From a virus (lineage: Duplodnaviria; Caudoviricetes): a stretch of DNA of 31,129 nucleotides. The position numbers were made by a program, and so were the translations under genes. Shown here piece by piece: positions 15,956 to 25,483 of this stretch. Numbering within the stretch: the stretch's first letter is position 1; each line of letters starts with the position of its first letter. The stretch spans positions 1-31,129 of IMG/VR virus record IMGVR_UViG_3300012682_000012; one strand, given 5' to 3'. The notes beneath the pieces are model-generated. The model saw only the letters and a program-made list of their open reading frames with translations, did no database searches and was not told the origin of the DNA.

Positions 15956-17943
15956 TAGTTAAGCCTTTGAACCTGCAAGTTAATTACATGGCCGTCGAAC
16001 GAACAAGGTTCACGGGCAGCATCATGCTTGTACCGTAGCTGTAAGCGTCGCCATTCGCCTGGTATATTCGGAGCGTTGTCCATCGGGTTAATCTGCTGTG
16101 AGCCGCCGAAACGTGAGCCGGAATCGAAGGTCACGCCGGTATCGAAACGTACACCACCGCTAGCAAGTGATACGTCGCTGGTACTCGGTGCATCTGAGTA
16201 GTCCGTAGCATAGCCGACAGTGATACTGTAGCTACCTGTCACGCTGTCGAAATGAGGTCGGTATTCAGTTGCCCGTTTGTACTGGGCTGGACTGTCATAG
16301 TGGTTGTATGCCGTTCTCAGTTCGTAGGTCAGTGGCTCGCCCATATTGGTGTAGTCGTTGGTTATCTGTTCACTCAGCATTAACATACCGACACGGTTGG
16401 AAGCAGCTATCAGGTAGTTGTCATTACTGGCACTTGATGCATAGCTGAATCCGATGTACTGCCTTGTGTCGTCACTCTCACAGATGCCGTACAGGATGTT
16501 ATAGATCATGCACCGGCTGTTTACCGCTTGGCCGTTCGGCGTGTAGTAGATGTACAGGCGGTTGTTGTGGAGCTGTAACACGGTATTCTGTTTAGCAGTC
16601 AGCGCCATCCACCAGTTCAGGACAGGCGTCGTGATGTTGGTTTCCTCAGCACCGTTGAACCGGTATATGCCGTCGTCACTGGCAAGGAATACATAATCCT
16701 CGTCCCAGACAACTGACTCCTGGCTGAACGTACCTTTTTGGCCGATGGCGTTGTCCTGCTGGAACGTCGCCTTGCTGTAGCCGGAGTATATATACTTGTT
16801 GTTACGAGTATGAACGTAGATGCTACCCTGTAATTTGCTGAATGCCACGGCTGGATCGGCAGTTTTCGGGGCGGGGAAGTACTCGAAGTTGGTCGAATTG
16901 AACACGTCAAACTGTGTATAGCCCTCATCAGAGTAAAACGCCTTGTTCGGGTCGGCTGCTGATAGATAGAACATGTATACCTTATGCTGAATAATGGCGC
17001 TGGCTGCTTCCGGGGCGGTGGTTATCTGACTGGCCGTACTGGTTGCAAGGTCGTACTTCCGTGGCTTGCCGATGCCGTCAACGTATCTCAGGACATCATT
17101 GCTGAAATCAAACCGGACGTAGGTAGATAATGCAGAGATGCCGGTATCAACTGACGTAGCCACGCCGGTAGTCTCATTAACACTGTAGACTGTCGTACCG
17201 TGAGCTATAAAGGTGTAGCTAGTGCCGTTGGTACGTTTGAAACGTATTGTTCCTTTAGTACCTCCAGTCGTAGCAGTACTCAGTTTGACGTTGAAATCGA
17301 CGTTTGCCGCCGTCCACGTCACACCGCCGTCTGTACTCATTTTGCCTGTCGTCGTGTTGGTTGTGGTACTGATGGTGTAGCTGTTCGTACCACCAGCCTG
17401 GACATAGCCGACTACCCAGTACACGGTGGCATTGGTAATATCAGGGCAGGTAATCGAACGGGCTTTCAGGTACTGGAATACGGCAGTCAAACTGGACGCC
17501 GAGACAGTTGTTCGGACTAATTCAGTGCCAGGGCTTCCAGCGTTATCGGAATACAGGGCGTAGACAATCGTACCTGTTCCGCCGTTGCTGTTCCTGATGT
17601 TGGCTTCTAGTGCCGTCAGACGAGCCGTAGAGGTGGCAGTCAGCTTCTTAGCCCAGCGTATCGTATTACTGAAGTTGAATGTTCCGGGTACTGTGACACT
17701 GGCTTGCTGGACGTTGACGACTTCACCTATAGGGATAGACAGTAAATCATTGCCCTTTCGTGTGTCCCACTTGCCGACTTGGTTTTCTCTGGCATCCGTA
17801 ACATACCGCCATTTATTCGGTGATACGTCGTCGTTACTGGAGTTGGTATCAATCCCCTCAGTATACTGGTAGTCCTTGCTCTGGCTTTTACGAGTCGTGA
17901 CACTCGGTACTGCTACCCGGCGGCGAACGGCACTTCTGTTCAT
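15955..17943 (-). CDS. tail nozzle / tubular protein B-like (beta-propeller) with an inserted beta-sandwich domain
   Basis: 662 aa, beta-repeat character, follows the adaptor; inserted LYSDNAGSPGT...YWVV domain. Confidence 0.7.
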   Translation of the reverse strand: MNRSAVRRRVAVPSVTTRKSQSKDYQYTEGIDTNSSNDDVSPNKWRYVTDARENQVGKWDTRKGNDLLSIPIGEVVNVQQASVTVPGTFNFSNTIRWAKKLTATSTARLTALEANIRNSNGGTGTIVYALYSDNAGSPGTELVRTTVSASSLTAVFQYLKARSITCPDITNATVYWVVGYVQAGGTNSYTISTTTNTTTGKMSTDGGVTWTAANVDFNVKLSTATTGGTKGTIRFKRTNGTSYTFIAHGTTVYSVNETTGVATSVDTGISALSTYVRFDFSNDVLRYVDGIGKPRKYDLATSTASQITTAPEAASAIIQHKVYMFYLSAADPNKAFYSDEGYTQFDVFNSTNFEYFPAPKTADPAVAFSKLQGSIYVHTRNNKYIYSGYSKATFQQDNAIGQKGTFSQESVVWDEDYVFLASDDGIYRFNGAEETNITTPVLNWWMALTAKQNTVLQLHNNRLYIYYTPNGQAVNSRCMIYNILYGICESDDTRQYIGFSYASSASNDNYLIAASNRVGMLMLSEQITNDYTNMGEPLTYELRTAYNHYDSPAQYKRATEYRPHFDSVTGSYSITVGYATDYSDAPSTSDVSLASGGVRFDTGVTFDSGSRFGGSQQINPMDNAPNIPGEWRRLQLRYKHDAAREPCSFDGHVINLQVQRLN

Positions 17944-18596
17944 AATTCAATATACGTCCGGTTAGATGGCATGAATACCGGGCCATCCTCAATATTCATA
18001 GCATAGCGGATATTCATAGCCTCTAGGCCGTCTTCAAAGTCCTGTTTATAGGTTGCTGCTATATCATGGTTTCCCCGGTACTTCTCAGCTCTAGACACGG
18101 CATATAACTCAAGTAGCTCCCTAAAGGCTTCTGGTACGTCAGGTGTAGTACCAGCGGCTATAACTGTCGGTAGCTTCCGGTACTTTTGAGTATATGAGTA
18201 AGCTTTATCTATCGGACAGTTAAATACAACCATGTCGCCGTACTCAGTCCAGAACACTGGCATACCTGATTTTTCCGTCGTAGGATCGGGAAACTGTTCG
18301 TAAAACGTATCATTGTCTAAATAGGTGTCTCTATTCAGCTTGAAACGGGTAGCCGTATTTGCAGGGTCTACCAGTACGCCACTGATAGTGTTCTCATGGT
18401 TCGATTGCTGGGCTACGGTCGTCACACCTATCGTCAAGATCTGCGTAAATGAGGTTTGCCAGAACTTAAACCGGAAAGTATTAGCAACCGTGTTTTGACC
18501 ATAATTCAGATAGCGAAGTATACGAGTCGATGAGAAACTAGCGTCTTTTAAGTCATCCTGTACTGCTGATATAAGATCGGTTCCTGTGTATGGCAT
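17940..18596 (-). CDS. head-tail adaptor / tubular protein A-like
   Basis: 218 aa, ILRYLN and PDVPEAFRELLELYA motifs; gene position. Confidence 0.7.
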   Translation of the reverse strand: MPYTGTDLISAVQDDLKDASFSSTRILRYLNYGQNTVANTFRFKFWQTSFTQILTIGVTTVAQQSNHENTISGVLVDPANTATRFKLNRDTYLDNDTFYEQFPDPTTEKSGMPVFWTEYGDMVVFNCPIDKAYSYTQKYRKLPTVIAAGTTPDVPEAFRELLELYAVSRAEKYRGNHDIAATYKQDFEDGLEAMNIRYAMNIEDGPVFMPSNRTYIEL

Positions 18597-18608
18597 GATG
18601 TCTATCGA

Positions 18609-18637
18609 GACTTACTCTGTATATGGTCAGTATACCA
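18609..18637 (-). promoter_or_regulatory. conserved late promoter plus leader, copy 2
   Basis: TGGTATACT-N4-ATATACAGAGTAAGTC on the minus strand. Confidence 0.8.
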
Positions 18638-18790
18638 GATACGGAAATAAATATAAGCATTTCAATCTTACTTGTCTACGCTTATAATATGTGGTTAAAT
18701 TGAGTCAAGCGAAAGTCTACAGTGATATAGACTTCAAGCCCACGGTTCAGGCTAAGTACACGCATTGACTGTCAGATTATTAAGAATAAT

Positions 18791-18866
18791 GAAAAACCCC
18801 CGGAGTGGTTCCGAGGGCGTCTACAGTGATGCTTTTATTCTACACCGGTGGTTAGGGAGATGTCAA
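18791..18866 (-). ncRNA. candidate ~40-nt antisense sRNA with promoter and terminator
   Basis: TTGACA(18866-61)-N18-TAGAAT(18842-37); GC stem plus U5 at 18817-18792. Confidence 0.6.
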
Positions 18867-19081
18867 TGGACTTCGACAACCATCGTTACAGGCAACAGTA
18901 CAGTAACAGTAGTTCTAAAGAACTAAACAACAGTAACAGTACTGTACAGTTATCAACTAGTGAGGTATTTACAAACCTCACCGATCTTATAAAGCCAGAG
19001 GACAGTTATATGCCCTACTACTGCAAGCGATATAAAGACCTAGGCTATGAGCGGTTTATCTGGCATACTAGCCTTCTATAG
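18848..19081 (+). pseudogene. probably C-terminally truncated protein (replication-initiator-like N-terminus)
   Basis: S/N-rich linker encoded by ACAGTA repeats; runs into an unrelated GT2 fragment near 19055. Confidence 0.45.
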
Positions 19082-19676
19082 AGGTGATACTATCCGTACT
19101 TATATGTCGGGGTATATGAGTGAAACGTTCTTTGGTCGTGAGGTTAGATTCTCCGATGACTCCTTGATGACCCTGTATGCTTTGAACCACGGTAAGACGG
19201 TACAGCAAACTAACTCAATTGCCTTTAGTGCCGTACCGAATAAGTACAGCCATCACATCCGGCGGTACATTCGCTGGATGAGAGGTAGCTTTATCCGGAC
19301 ATGGTGGCGTTTTAAGTACTTGCCCCTGACGAGTTACATCTACTGGCTGCACTTATTCCGGTGGGTACAGTTTGCCCTATCTGCCGTAGCCAGCGTATAC
19401 CTGATTTACAGCGGTATCTTCCATAATCGGCAGTTGTTACCGTATCTGGTGTTAGTACCCGTCATAATCGCTTACGTGCAGTCTCTGAGGTATCTGATTA
19501 TTAGGCGATCAGATGAGTCGGTTGTGTCTCAGTTTGTAACGTTTCTGACCGCTCCTATTGCTATGATATGGCTACTCTGTGTTATGCGGTTCGTTAAGTA
19601 TTACGCTTACCTGACCGTGTTTAAGACTTCCTGGGGAACTCGAGGCAAGGTTGAAGTCGGAATGCAACAAAGTTAG
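19047..19676 (+). pseudogene. C-terminal half of a processive GT2 glycosyltransferase (hyaluronan synthase/NodC-like)
   Basis: LSGILAFYR, SDD, RYIRW (QxxRW position), TM helices, C-terminal WGTR; N-terminal DxD domain missing. Confidence 0.8.
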
Positions 19677-19804
19677 TGGGTAGTCAATACTATTATCGTG
19701 GGGCTAAGTGGGTTTCTACAACCTGACTTAGTGGCATACCGTCATGGGTAGCATAAAAATACAGGCTGTACGTGCCGAGCAGGACGCCGGTTATGAGGAG
19801 GAGG

Positions 19805-20404
19805 TTACGGAGTTTCATGTGGGGGTATGACATTTAATAAGGCAAACTGGCCGTGTAGTTCAAGGGCTTTACGGTTGTAGGCTTCGGCGGCTTGAAGAGA
19901 CGTATCATAGCGACCGAGGTGAATGTTTGATAATCGTGCTACGTACTTCTGTCGATTCTTATCATATGTCACACCTTTATAACCAGTTGTATTACTTTTC
20001 CTAATTCGTAAATTCCACTTATTCTGAGCTGAAGTGCAAGGCCTGAGATTACATATCCTATTATCAAGAGGGTCGTGATTTATATGATCTATTTCTAGTC
20101 CTTCAGGAAAATTCATAACGAATTGGTGCATAGTCAGATTATTATTTGTTGCTACATAACCAGTAGAAGTTTTATACCACCTAATTCTATCCAACATGGC
20201 ACATTCTCTGTCTACAATTGCATGCCCGTCCTTGCCATTTATACCTAGAGGAATCCTAGCAATATCACCATCTATGATAGCTGGTCGATAATCAAAGCGG
20301 GTTTCTATGATACCGCCGTACACTCTTGTCTGAGTATAGTGTCTATCACAATAATTTCTAGACTTGATTACCCTAGTACATTTTTCAGCGGTACATATAT
20401 TCAT
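19805..20404 (-). CDS. HNH-AP2 homing endonuclease
   Basis: C-x4-C...YCDRHY; IDHINHDPLDNRICNLR; TGYKGV...HLGRY...AAEAYN; start placed at ATG 20404 because TGaTATAAT lies 7 nt upstream. Confidence 0.9.
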   Translation of the reverse strand: MNICTAEKCTRVIKSRNYCDRHYTQTRVYGGIIETRFDYRPAIIDGDIARIPLGINGKDGHAIVDRECAMLDRIRWYKTSTGYVATNNNLTMHQFVMNFPEGLEIDHINHDPLDNRICNLRPCTSAQNKWNLRIRKSNTTGYKGVTYDKNRQKYVARLSNIHLGRYDTSLQAAEAYNRKALELHGQFALLNVIPPHETP

Positions 20405-20440
20405 AAGTACCATTATATCAGTTCCAAACAGTTATGACTA

Positions 20441-22963
20441 CTATGCTATTGCTCTAACAACAGGGGTAGTTTCGGTCAAAATAATATTGTCAAAGTAGGC
20501 GTCCATGATAAGGGTGCCTACACCGTCTTGTCCGTTTATCTGTAGTGTTGGAACCAAGTAGAAGTTGCCAACACTAGAATTAGTAGTAAAGGTAAAACTA
20601 TATAGCGTCCATGCAGTTGCCGTAATCACACTATCAGCACCAAATATCTCTACGCTTGTACCAGATATGTCTTTTTTAGCTAATTCAATTTTTGCGCCTG
20701 TAGTAGCTGTACCTGATACTACATTTGTTTTCATCCAGTAACTACAGGTATAGCTTGTACTAGGTCGGGAAACTATCGCAGCACCGGAAGTCGTTAGTGG
20801 CTGCCCAGTACCGGAAGCATTGCTATATACAAATATCCTAGAACCTGTAGTTATAGTTGAAAGTTTCATAGCACAAGTTCCAGAATGTGCATTAGCAGTA
20901 TCGAATAATGCCGTAGTGGATCCAACGACACCACGCCTATACCAATTAAACAAAGTTGGATTTGCCGTTCCACTTGCCGTTCCATCTATCCAGTTAGATG
21001 TTGTCTGTGCCGTATTTGTAGGCGGATAATACTCGAACGATCCATTCTCCACTTTATTACCGCCGACAATTTTACGAGCCTTAGAAGGCGTATCACTGCT
21101 ATAGGTGGCTCCGGTTATAACTCCGTGGTTTGCATTACCTGAGCTGTCTAGAGCGGTTGTACCGGCTCCTTCGTTGAGTTTCCAGAATCCTACTGGCGTT
21201 TGTGTACTTATGCCAGCAGTAGCTAATTGCGCCATCTCTGCTGCTGTTAAGGCAGTATTCCAGACCCGAACATCGGCTATCTTTCCTTGGAAGTATTCGG
21301 TAGAGTTGAAACGACGCCCAATACGCCAGACAGAAGAAGATATATTAATCGTATTAGCTAGGGTTGCAACCGTACCTTTTTGTACACCATCGATATACAT
21401 GCGTATATCTGCATTACCGATAACAGCCGCCACATGATGCCAGCCTGTTTTTACTAGCAGCGACCCCGTACCGCTATTTGCGTCAGTACCGAACGTAGAC
21501 ATTGTCACACGGTTATTGACACCATCGTAAGACAAAAGCATCATCGCTCCGAGAGAGTTAGCACCAGTCCCAAATATAGACTGAGAACTGTACGCACCGT
21601 TAGGGTTAATCCAAGCTGAAACAGTACGAGTACCCGTACCTGTTATGCTTGCAATGGCTACACCCTCAACATACGAAACAGCTCCATCAAACCCTAAACT
21701 AGCCTTAAAATCTCCCACCGCTAGCCTACCGACTGGTGTGGTTTCTACTAGAGATATGTCATCGAACCTCGCTATCTGTCCAGTTGCGTTAGCCGTATGA
21801 ACAACAAACACCCCAAGGCCAGCAGTGCTAGCTCCACTCGTAAAGTTCAAAGTCAAAGTCCTGTACCCACCGGCAGCAGTGCCCACACTAGAAACCTGAC
21901 TACCACCGACATAACTTCGAGAGCCATTATATTCATGCTTGAATAACGCCACGTTGTCACCGGCTGTAAAACTAGCACGACAGGTAATTGTATATGCCGT
22001 AGATGACTTGATAGGTATAATTTTATCGACGTTGCTATCAACCGCTCCTGTACCTACGTTCATATCAGTTGTACCGACCCTACTAGCTCCTGCGCCGGAA
22101 GATGTCAGCTCAAGTGAATACAATCCTGAATTTGGAGCAGTAGGAGTTAATGCAGCACTACCAGTAACACTAGTCATACGATACCAATTAAATAAACTGT
22201 TTGAAGCACTACCAGCAACAGTGCCGTCTATCCAGTTTTTACCTGTCGTAGCAGCCACAAAAGGCGGTGCATACTCCATATCACCATTAGCAACTAAGTT
22301 GGCGCCGACTTGTTTGCGGGCAGTTGAGGGGGTGTCTGCGTTCCATAACGTAGAAGAACTTAACGTTCCAGTATTGGCATTACCCGAAGCATCGCCGATA
22401 GCTGTTCCCGCTCCCTCGTCGAGCATCCAGCGTCCTGTCTGTCCAGTTGGTACGCTACCGAGTCCGGCGGTTGCTACTTGGGCTATTTCGGAATCTGTGA
22501 GCGTCCTGTTCCAGATAGCCAGTGAATCCATCGGGCCATTTAAAAATTGAGAAGCTAACTGTCCGGATATAGAAGCAGTCGGAGTGCCAGTGTTCGCAGC
22601 TCCGAGACTAGCAGTAATTGTATCGACTAACGCCCCGTTAATGTAAAACTTAATAACGTTCGTCGCACTAAATGACATTGCCAGATTGTACCAGAGTCCA
22701 ATTTCAACTTTAGCACTAGCTAGAGCCGAGCCGTGGTCTGCTTTGTTGTAGGTAGTAAATAGAAACTGTCGAGCGCCTGTTACTCCAAAGCCGTAACAGT
22801 TTTCAACACTAAAAAGTCTTTGAACTCCCAGCACATTAGCGAACTTAACATTAGTAGAAATAGTAAAGTCGTTCGGATAGTTGAACTTTGCACCGAGATT
22901 TATATTATCAATTCCATTGAATCGAATTGAAGCGTTAGATGGTTGTACAACCTGCCGTGGCAT
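20441..22963 (-). CDS. LamG/concanavalin-like plus carbohydrate-binding virion protein (840 aa), likely receptor binding
   Basis: Two LamG-type units (W-x-[HN]...YI[ND]G...WN-x2-LT...W-x-L-[DN]EG-x-G) each followed by an N-x-V-x-NG-x-[MF]E CBM-like unit. Confidence 0.8.
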   Translation of the reverse strand: MPRQVVQPSNASIRFNGIDNINLGAKFNYPNDFTISTNVKFANVLGVQRLFSVENCYGFGVTGARQFLFTTYNKADHGSALASAKVEIGLWYNLAMSFSATNVIKFYINGALVDTITASLGAANTGTPTASISGQLASQFLNGPMDSLAIWNRTLTDSEIAQVATAGLGSVPTGQTGRWMLDEGAGTAIGDASGNANTGTLSSSTLWNADTPSTARKQVGANLVANGDMEYAPPFVAATTGKNWIDGTVAGSASNSLFNWYRMTSVTGSAALTPTAPNSGLYSLELTSSGAGASRVGTTDMNVGTGAVDSNVDKIIPIKSSTAYTITCRASFTAGDNVALFKHEYNGSRSYVGGSQVSSVGTAAGGYRTLTLNFTSGASTAGLGVFVVHTANATGQIARFDDISLVETTPVGRLAVGDFKASLGFDGAVSYVEGVAIASITGTGTRTVSAWINPNGAYSSQSIFGTGANSLGAMMLLSYDGVNNRVTMSTFGTDANSGTGSLLVKTGWHHVAAVIGNADIRMYIDGVQKGTVATLANTINISSSVWRIGRRFNSTEYFQGKIADVRVWNTALTAAEMAQLATAGISTQTPVGFWKLNEGAGTTALDSSGNANHGVITGATYSSDTPSKARKIVGGNKVENGSFEYYPPTNTAQTTSNWIDGTASGTANPTLFNWYRRGVVGSTTALFDTANAHSGTCAMKLSTITTGSRIFVYSNASGTGQPLTTSGAAIVSRPSTSYTCSYWMKTNVVSGTATTGAKIELAKKDISGTSVEIFGADSVITATAWTLYSFTFTTNSSVGNFYLVPTLQINGQDGVGTLIMDAYFDNIILTETTPVVRAIA

Positions 22964-22966
22964 AAC

Positions 22967-23224
22967 CTAAGCCCCCGTATCGGCTTGAGGTAAGCCCATA
23001 GCAGCCGTGACGTCAGTGCCAGCGTCCGGTCGGACATTCGCTTGGAAGCCAGCTATATAAGCTTGCAGGTACGCTCGTATGGCGCTGAGGCAAGCTTCTT
23101 TGCTGTCTACTGGTAGGGCTAGTTTGTATGTCTGATTGAGGCCTGGAATAGTTGAGCCGGTAATCGTGAAGGTAACGACTCCAGTTGCTTTGCTGTAGCT
23201 GTCGAGGGTTATACTGCGTGCCAC
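22967..23224 (-). CDS. hypothetical structural-module protein (85 aa)
   Basis: Tight operon spacing. Confidence 0.65.
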   Translation of the reverse strand: MARSITLDSYSKATGVVTFTITGSTIPGLNQTYKLALPVDSKEACLSAIRAYLQAYIAGFQANVRPDAGTDVTAAMGLPQADTGA

Positions 23225-23228
23225 TGGA

Positions 23229-24023
23229 TTATCTCCAAATTACTGTTAAGTTACCAGCAGCCGTACCAGTCGTGGCAATCGTCAGGCCAGTTGTGAAACC
23301 AACTTCGAAACCGATAAATCCAGCGTTGGTTGGTTTGAGTATCGAGATGATAGTTCCTGAAGCAGCCGTATTGTCGTACAGCGTAGCTTGCCAAGATGAA
23401 CCGATGTCGCCAGTAACTACACCCCTTAGAACACCTGAGCCAGACTTAACGACTGTCGTAATCGGAGCAGCCGTAGTACCTGTTGAAATGTTGGTTGCGC
23501 TATGGCCGTAAGGGTAGGTAGTTACGGCGTCGTTTACTGGGTCTAGTCTGGTTTCAAGACTGGATTTCTGTGTGTCGGTGGCTTCGTTGAAGGCTTTGTC
23601 CGGGCCGATCACGACGACGGCAACGATATCACCGGATGCAAATACAGCCGTCATGTTAGCAAGTGTAAGTGTCAGTGTGCCGTTATTCCATACAATACTC
23701 GTCATTGGAAGTGAATCAACTACACCGGTAGAGCTGATGCGCTTGACGATTCCATTAGAGAAGTTTAGGACTGATAAGTTAGAAGACAGTACCGTGTTAG
23801 CGAAAGCGCTGAGTACGATGTTCTTCGTGCCGACTGTTGGCGTAGCTACAAAGTCGAGTGATAGGTTGGAGTAAGTGTTATTACCACCACCGACTGACGA
23901 GCTGGAACTTGAGCTAGGGCTAGTACCAGTACCGGAACCGCCAGAAGTTTTGAGAGTATTAGTCGCAGGATCGTACACAGCATTGAGTACTTCCTGTTGG
24001 CCGTATGAACCGCCTGTAGCCAT
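23229..24023 (-). CDS. putative virion structural protein (264 aa)
   Basis: T/S/G/V-rich and beta-rich; LYDNTAASG C-terminal domain. Confidence 0.65.
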   Translation of the reverse strand: MATGGSYGQQEVLNAVYDPATNTLKTSGGSGTGTSPSSSSSSSVGGGNNTYSNLSLDFVATPTVGTKNIVLSAFANTVLSSNLSVLNFSNGIVKRISSTGVVDSLPMTSIVWNNGTLTLTLANMTAVFASGDIVAVVVIGPDKAFNEATDTQKSSLETRLDPVNDAVTTYPYGHSATNISTGTTAAPITTVVKSGSGVLRGVVTGDIGSSWQATLYDNTAASGTIISILKPTNAGFIGFEVGFTTGLTIATTGTAAGNLTVIWR

Positions 24024-24034
24024 GTAAATATCTT

Positions 24035-24068
24035 AATCGACTTACTCTGTATATCCCGAAGTATACCA
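24035..24068 (-). promoter_or_regulatory. conserved late promoter plus leader, copy 3
   Basis: TGGTATACT-N5-ATATACAGAGTAAGTCGATT on the minus strand. Confidence 0.8.
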
Positions 24069-24086
24069 TAAATAGACATAAGAATT

Positions 24087-24123
24087 AAAAACAGACCCTA
24101 GGATGTGGCTAGGGTCTGTTTTT
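24087..24123 (-). terminator. intrinsic terminator of the head operon (bidirectional-capable)
   Basis: AAAAACAGACCCTAG-N7-CTAGGGTCTGTTTTT. Confidence 0.9.
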
Positions 24124-24144
24124 CTCGCAGTAATTTTGTATCTA

Positions 24145-24549
24145 CTAGCCTTGTCCGGGTCGGAAGTTTCCGGCAGCCACGTCTTTCAATGTTGCATTTA
24201 ACTCTTTGGCACGTATTGCTAACTCATCAACGGTTTTACTCGTCATAGCAGCTATCGTAAAGGCTGGTGTTGACTTCAGTATATGAAAGTCAATTAAGTC
24301 TTCATTTGTTTCCTGATTAACCAGTGAACTATTGACGTCGCTCAACTGAGCACGTTTCTGCTGGCCTAAATCCATCTTGTCATAGTCTGCCTTGGGAACG
24401 CCATGCACGAGTCCCTTTTTCTTGTCCTCTTCTATGGCGTTCTGACGGGCTTCTTCGGCGGTTAGCTTGACGGCTGTTTGTTCCGACTCAAATGTTTTCT
24501 TAACGTCGGCTTGGTCTTGTGCTTTTTCAGCAGCGGTTTGTTCTGCCAT
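24145..24549 (-). CDS. hypothetical protein downstream of the capsid gene (134 aa)
   Basis: AAGGAGG SD. Confidence 0.75.
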   Translation of the reverse strand: MAEQTAAEKAQDQADVKKTFESEQTAVKLTAEEARQNAIEEDKKKGLVHGVPKADYDKMDLGQQKRAQLSDVNSSLVNQETNEDLIDFHILKSTPAFTIAAMTSKTVDELAIRAKELNATLKDVAAGNFRPGQG

Positions 24550-24602
24550 AGGGTGTCCCCTCCTTGTTGTTTAAGCTAGGAGGGGACTATATGCCCCTAC
24601 TC

Positions 24603-25448
24603 CTAGACGAATGCTATTTTAACTGCTGTCGTGTTACGAAGTTCTTTGACTCCGTAGATGATGTCTGTTCGTTGTTCAAATGCACCGGAACGGACGTTGT
24701 CCCAGCCAGTAACAGAAACGTCTTTTTGAATACCAAGAGCAACAGACTGCTTGTGGAACATGTAAGCAGTTCCAGCAGGGATGTTGTTTGATACACGAAC
24801 CTGGACTCCGTAGAGTGCCAGTACACGGCCAGATACGACCGGCTTACCGTTGGTGTCCATGATGTAATCGCTTGAACTGAAACGAGTCTCAGCCAGGATG
24901 TCGTTAAATCCATCAGGGTTGACGGCAAGTGTCACATTCTCCCAGTCCATGACATTGGATTCTCCAAGAACCTGAACAGCGTTCCGTATTTTTGAATCAG
25001 TAAGTCCTGTTGCTGCAGCCAAAATAGAGTAGCTTGCGCCACCGGCGGTGACTGCTGCTGCCAGAGCGGTAACGATATCCTGATCAACTGCATCTTTTAA
25101 GATGTAACCAGCGTCGGCTGTGTACTTCTGGCGAAGGTTGTACTTACTTTGAACTTCCAGCATCTTGTAGATCTGATGCGCTTTGTACTTCCATTTGTTG
25201 ATAGCCAGGGCGACGTTTGTTTCCGTAGCGGTATCAAACGTGACATCCGTACCTTGGGCGAGGTCACGGGCTGCACCGGAGTTGCTGAACGGTGTGATGT
25301 TCAGTGTCTGACCGAACTCTTTAACTTCGTCGTCGTAACGGTCAACCCGCTCGGCAAGTACCAGACTCTTTTTCAAGTAGTCAAGTGTATCGGTTCCCCA
25401 GAGGGTTGGTGAATAGGCACTGTGTGTGGTGGTAGTTGAACCAGCCAT
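24603..25448 (-). CDS. major capsid protein (HK97 fold, P22-coat-like)
   Basis: PTLWG N-arm, GQTLNI, GRVLALYGVQVRVSNN, C-terminal YGVKELR; follows the scaffold gene. Confidence 0.85.
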   Translation of the reverse strand: MAGSTTTTHSAYSPTLWGTDTLDYLKKSLVLAERVDRYDDEVKEFGQTLNITPFSNSGAARDLAQGTDVTFDTATETNVALAINKWKYKAHQIYKMLEVQSKYNLRQKYTADAGYILKDAVDQDIVTALAAAVTAGGASYSILAAATGLTDSKIRNAVQVLGESNVMDWENVTLAVNPDGFNDILAETRFSSSDYIMDTNGKPVVSGRVLALYGVQVRVSNNIPAGTAYMFHKQSVALGIQKDVSVTGWDNVRSGAFEQRTDIIYGVKELRNTTAVKIAFV

Positions 25449-25483
25449 AATGTTTGTTCCTTAGATGTAAAGTTGCTTAATGG

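Noticed and set aside
18886-18956. CRISPR-like array
   Set aside because: Units are 6 nt with no spacers; no CRISPR array or cas gene is visible in the window.
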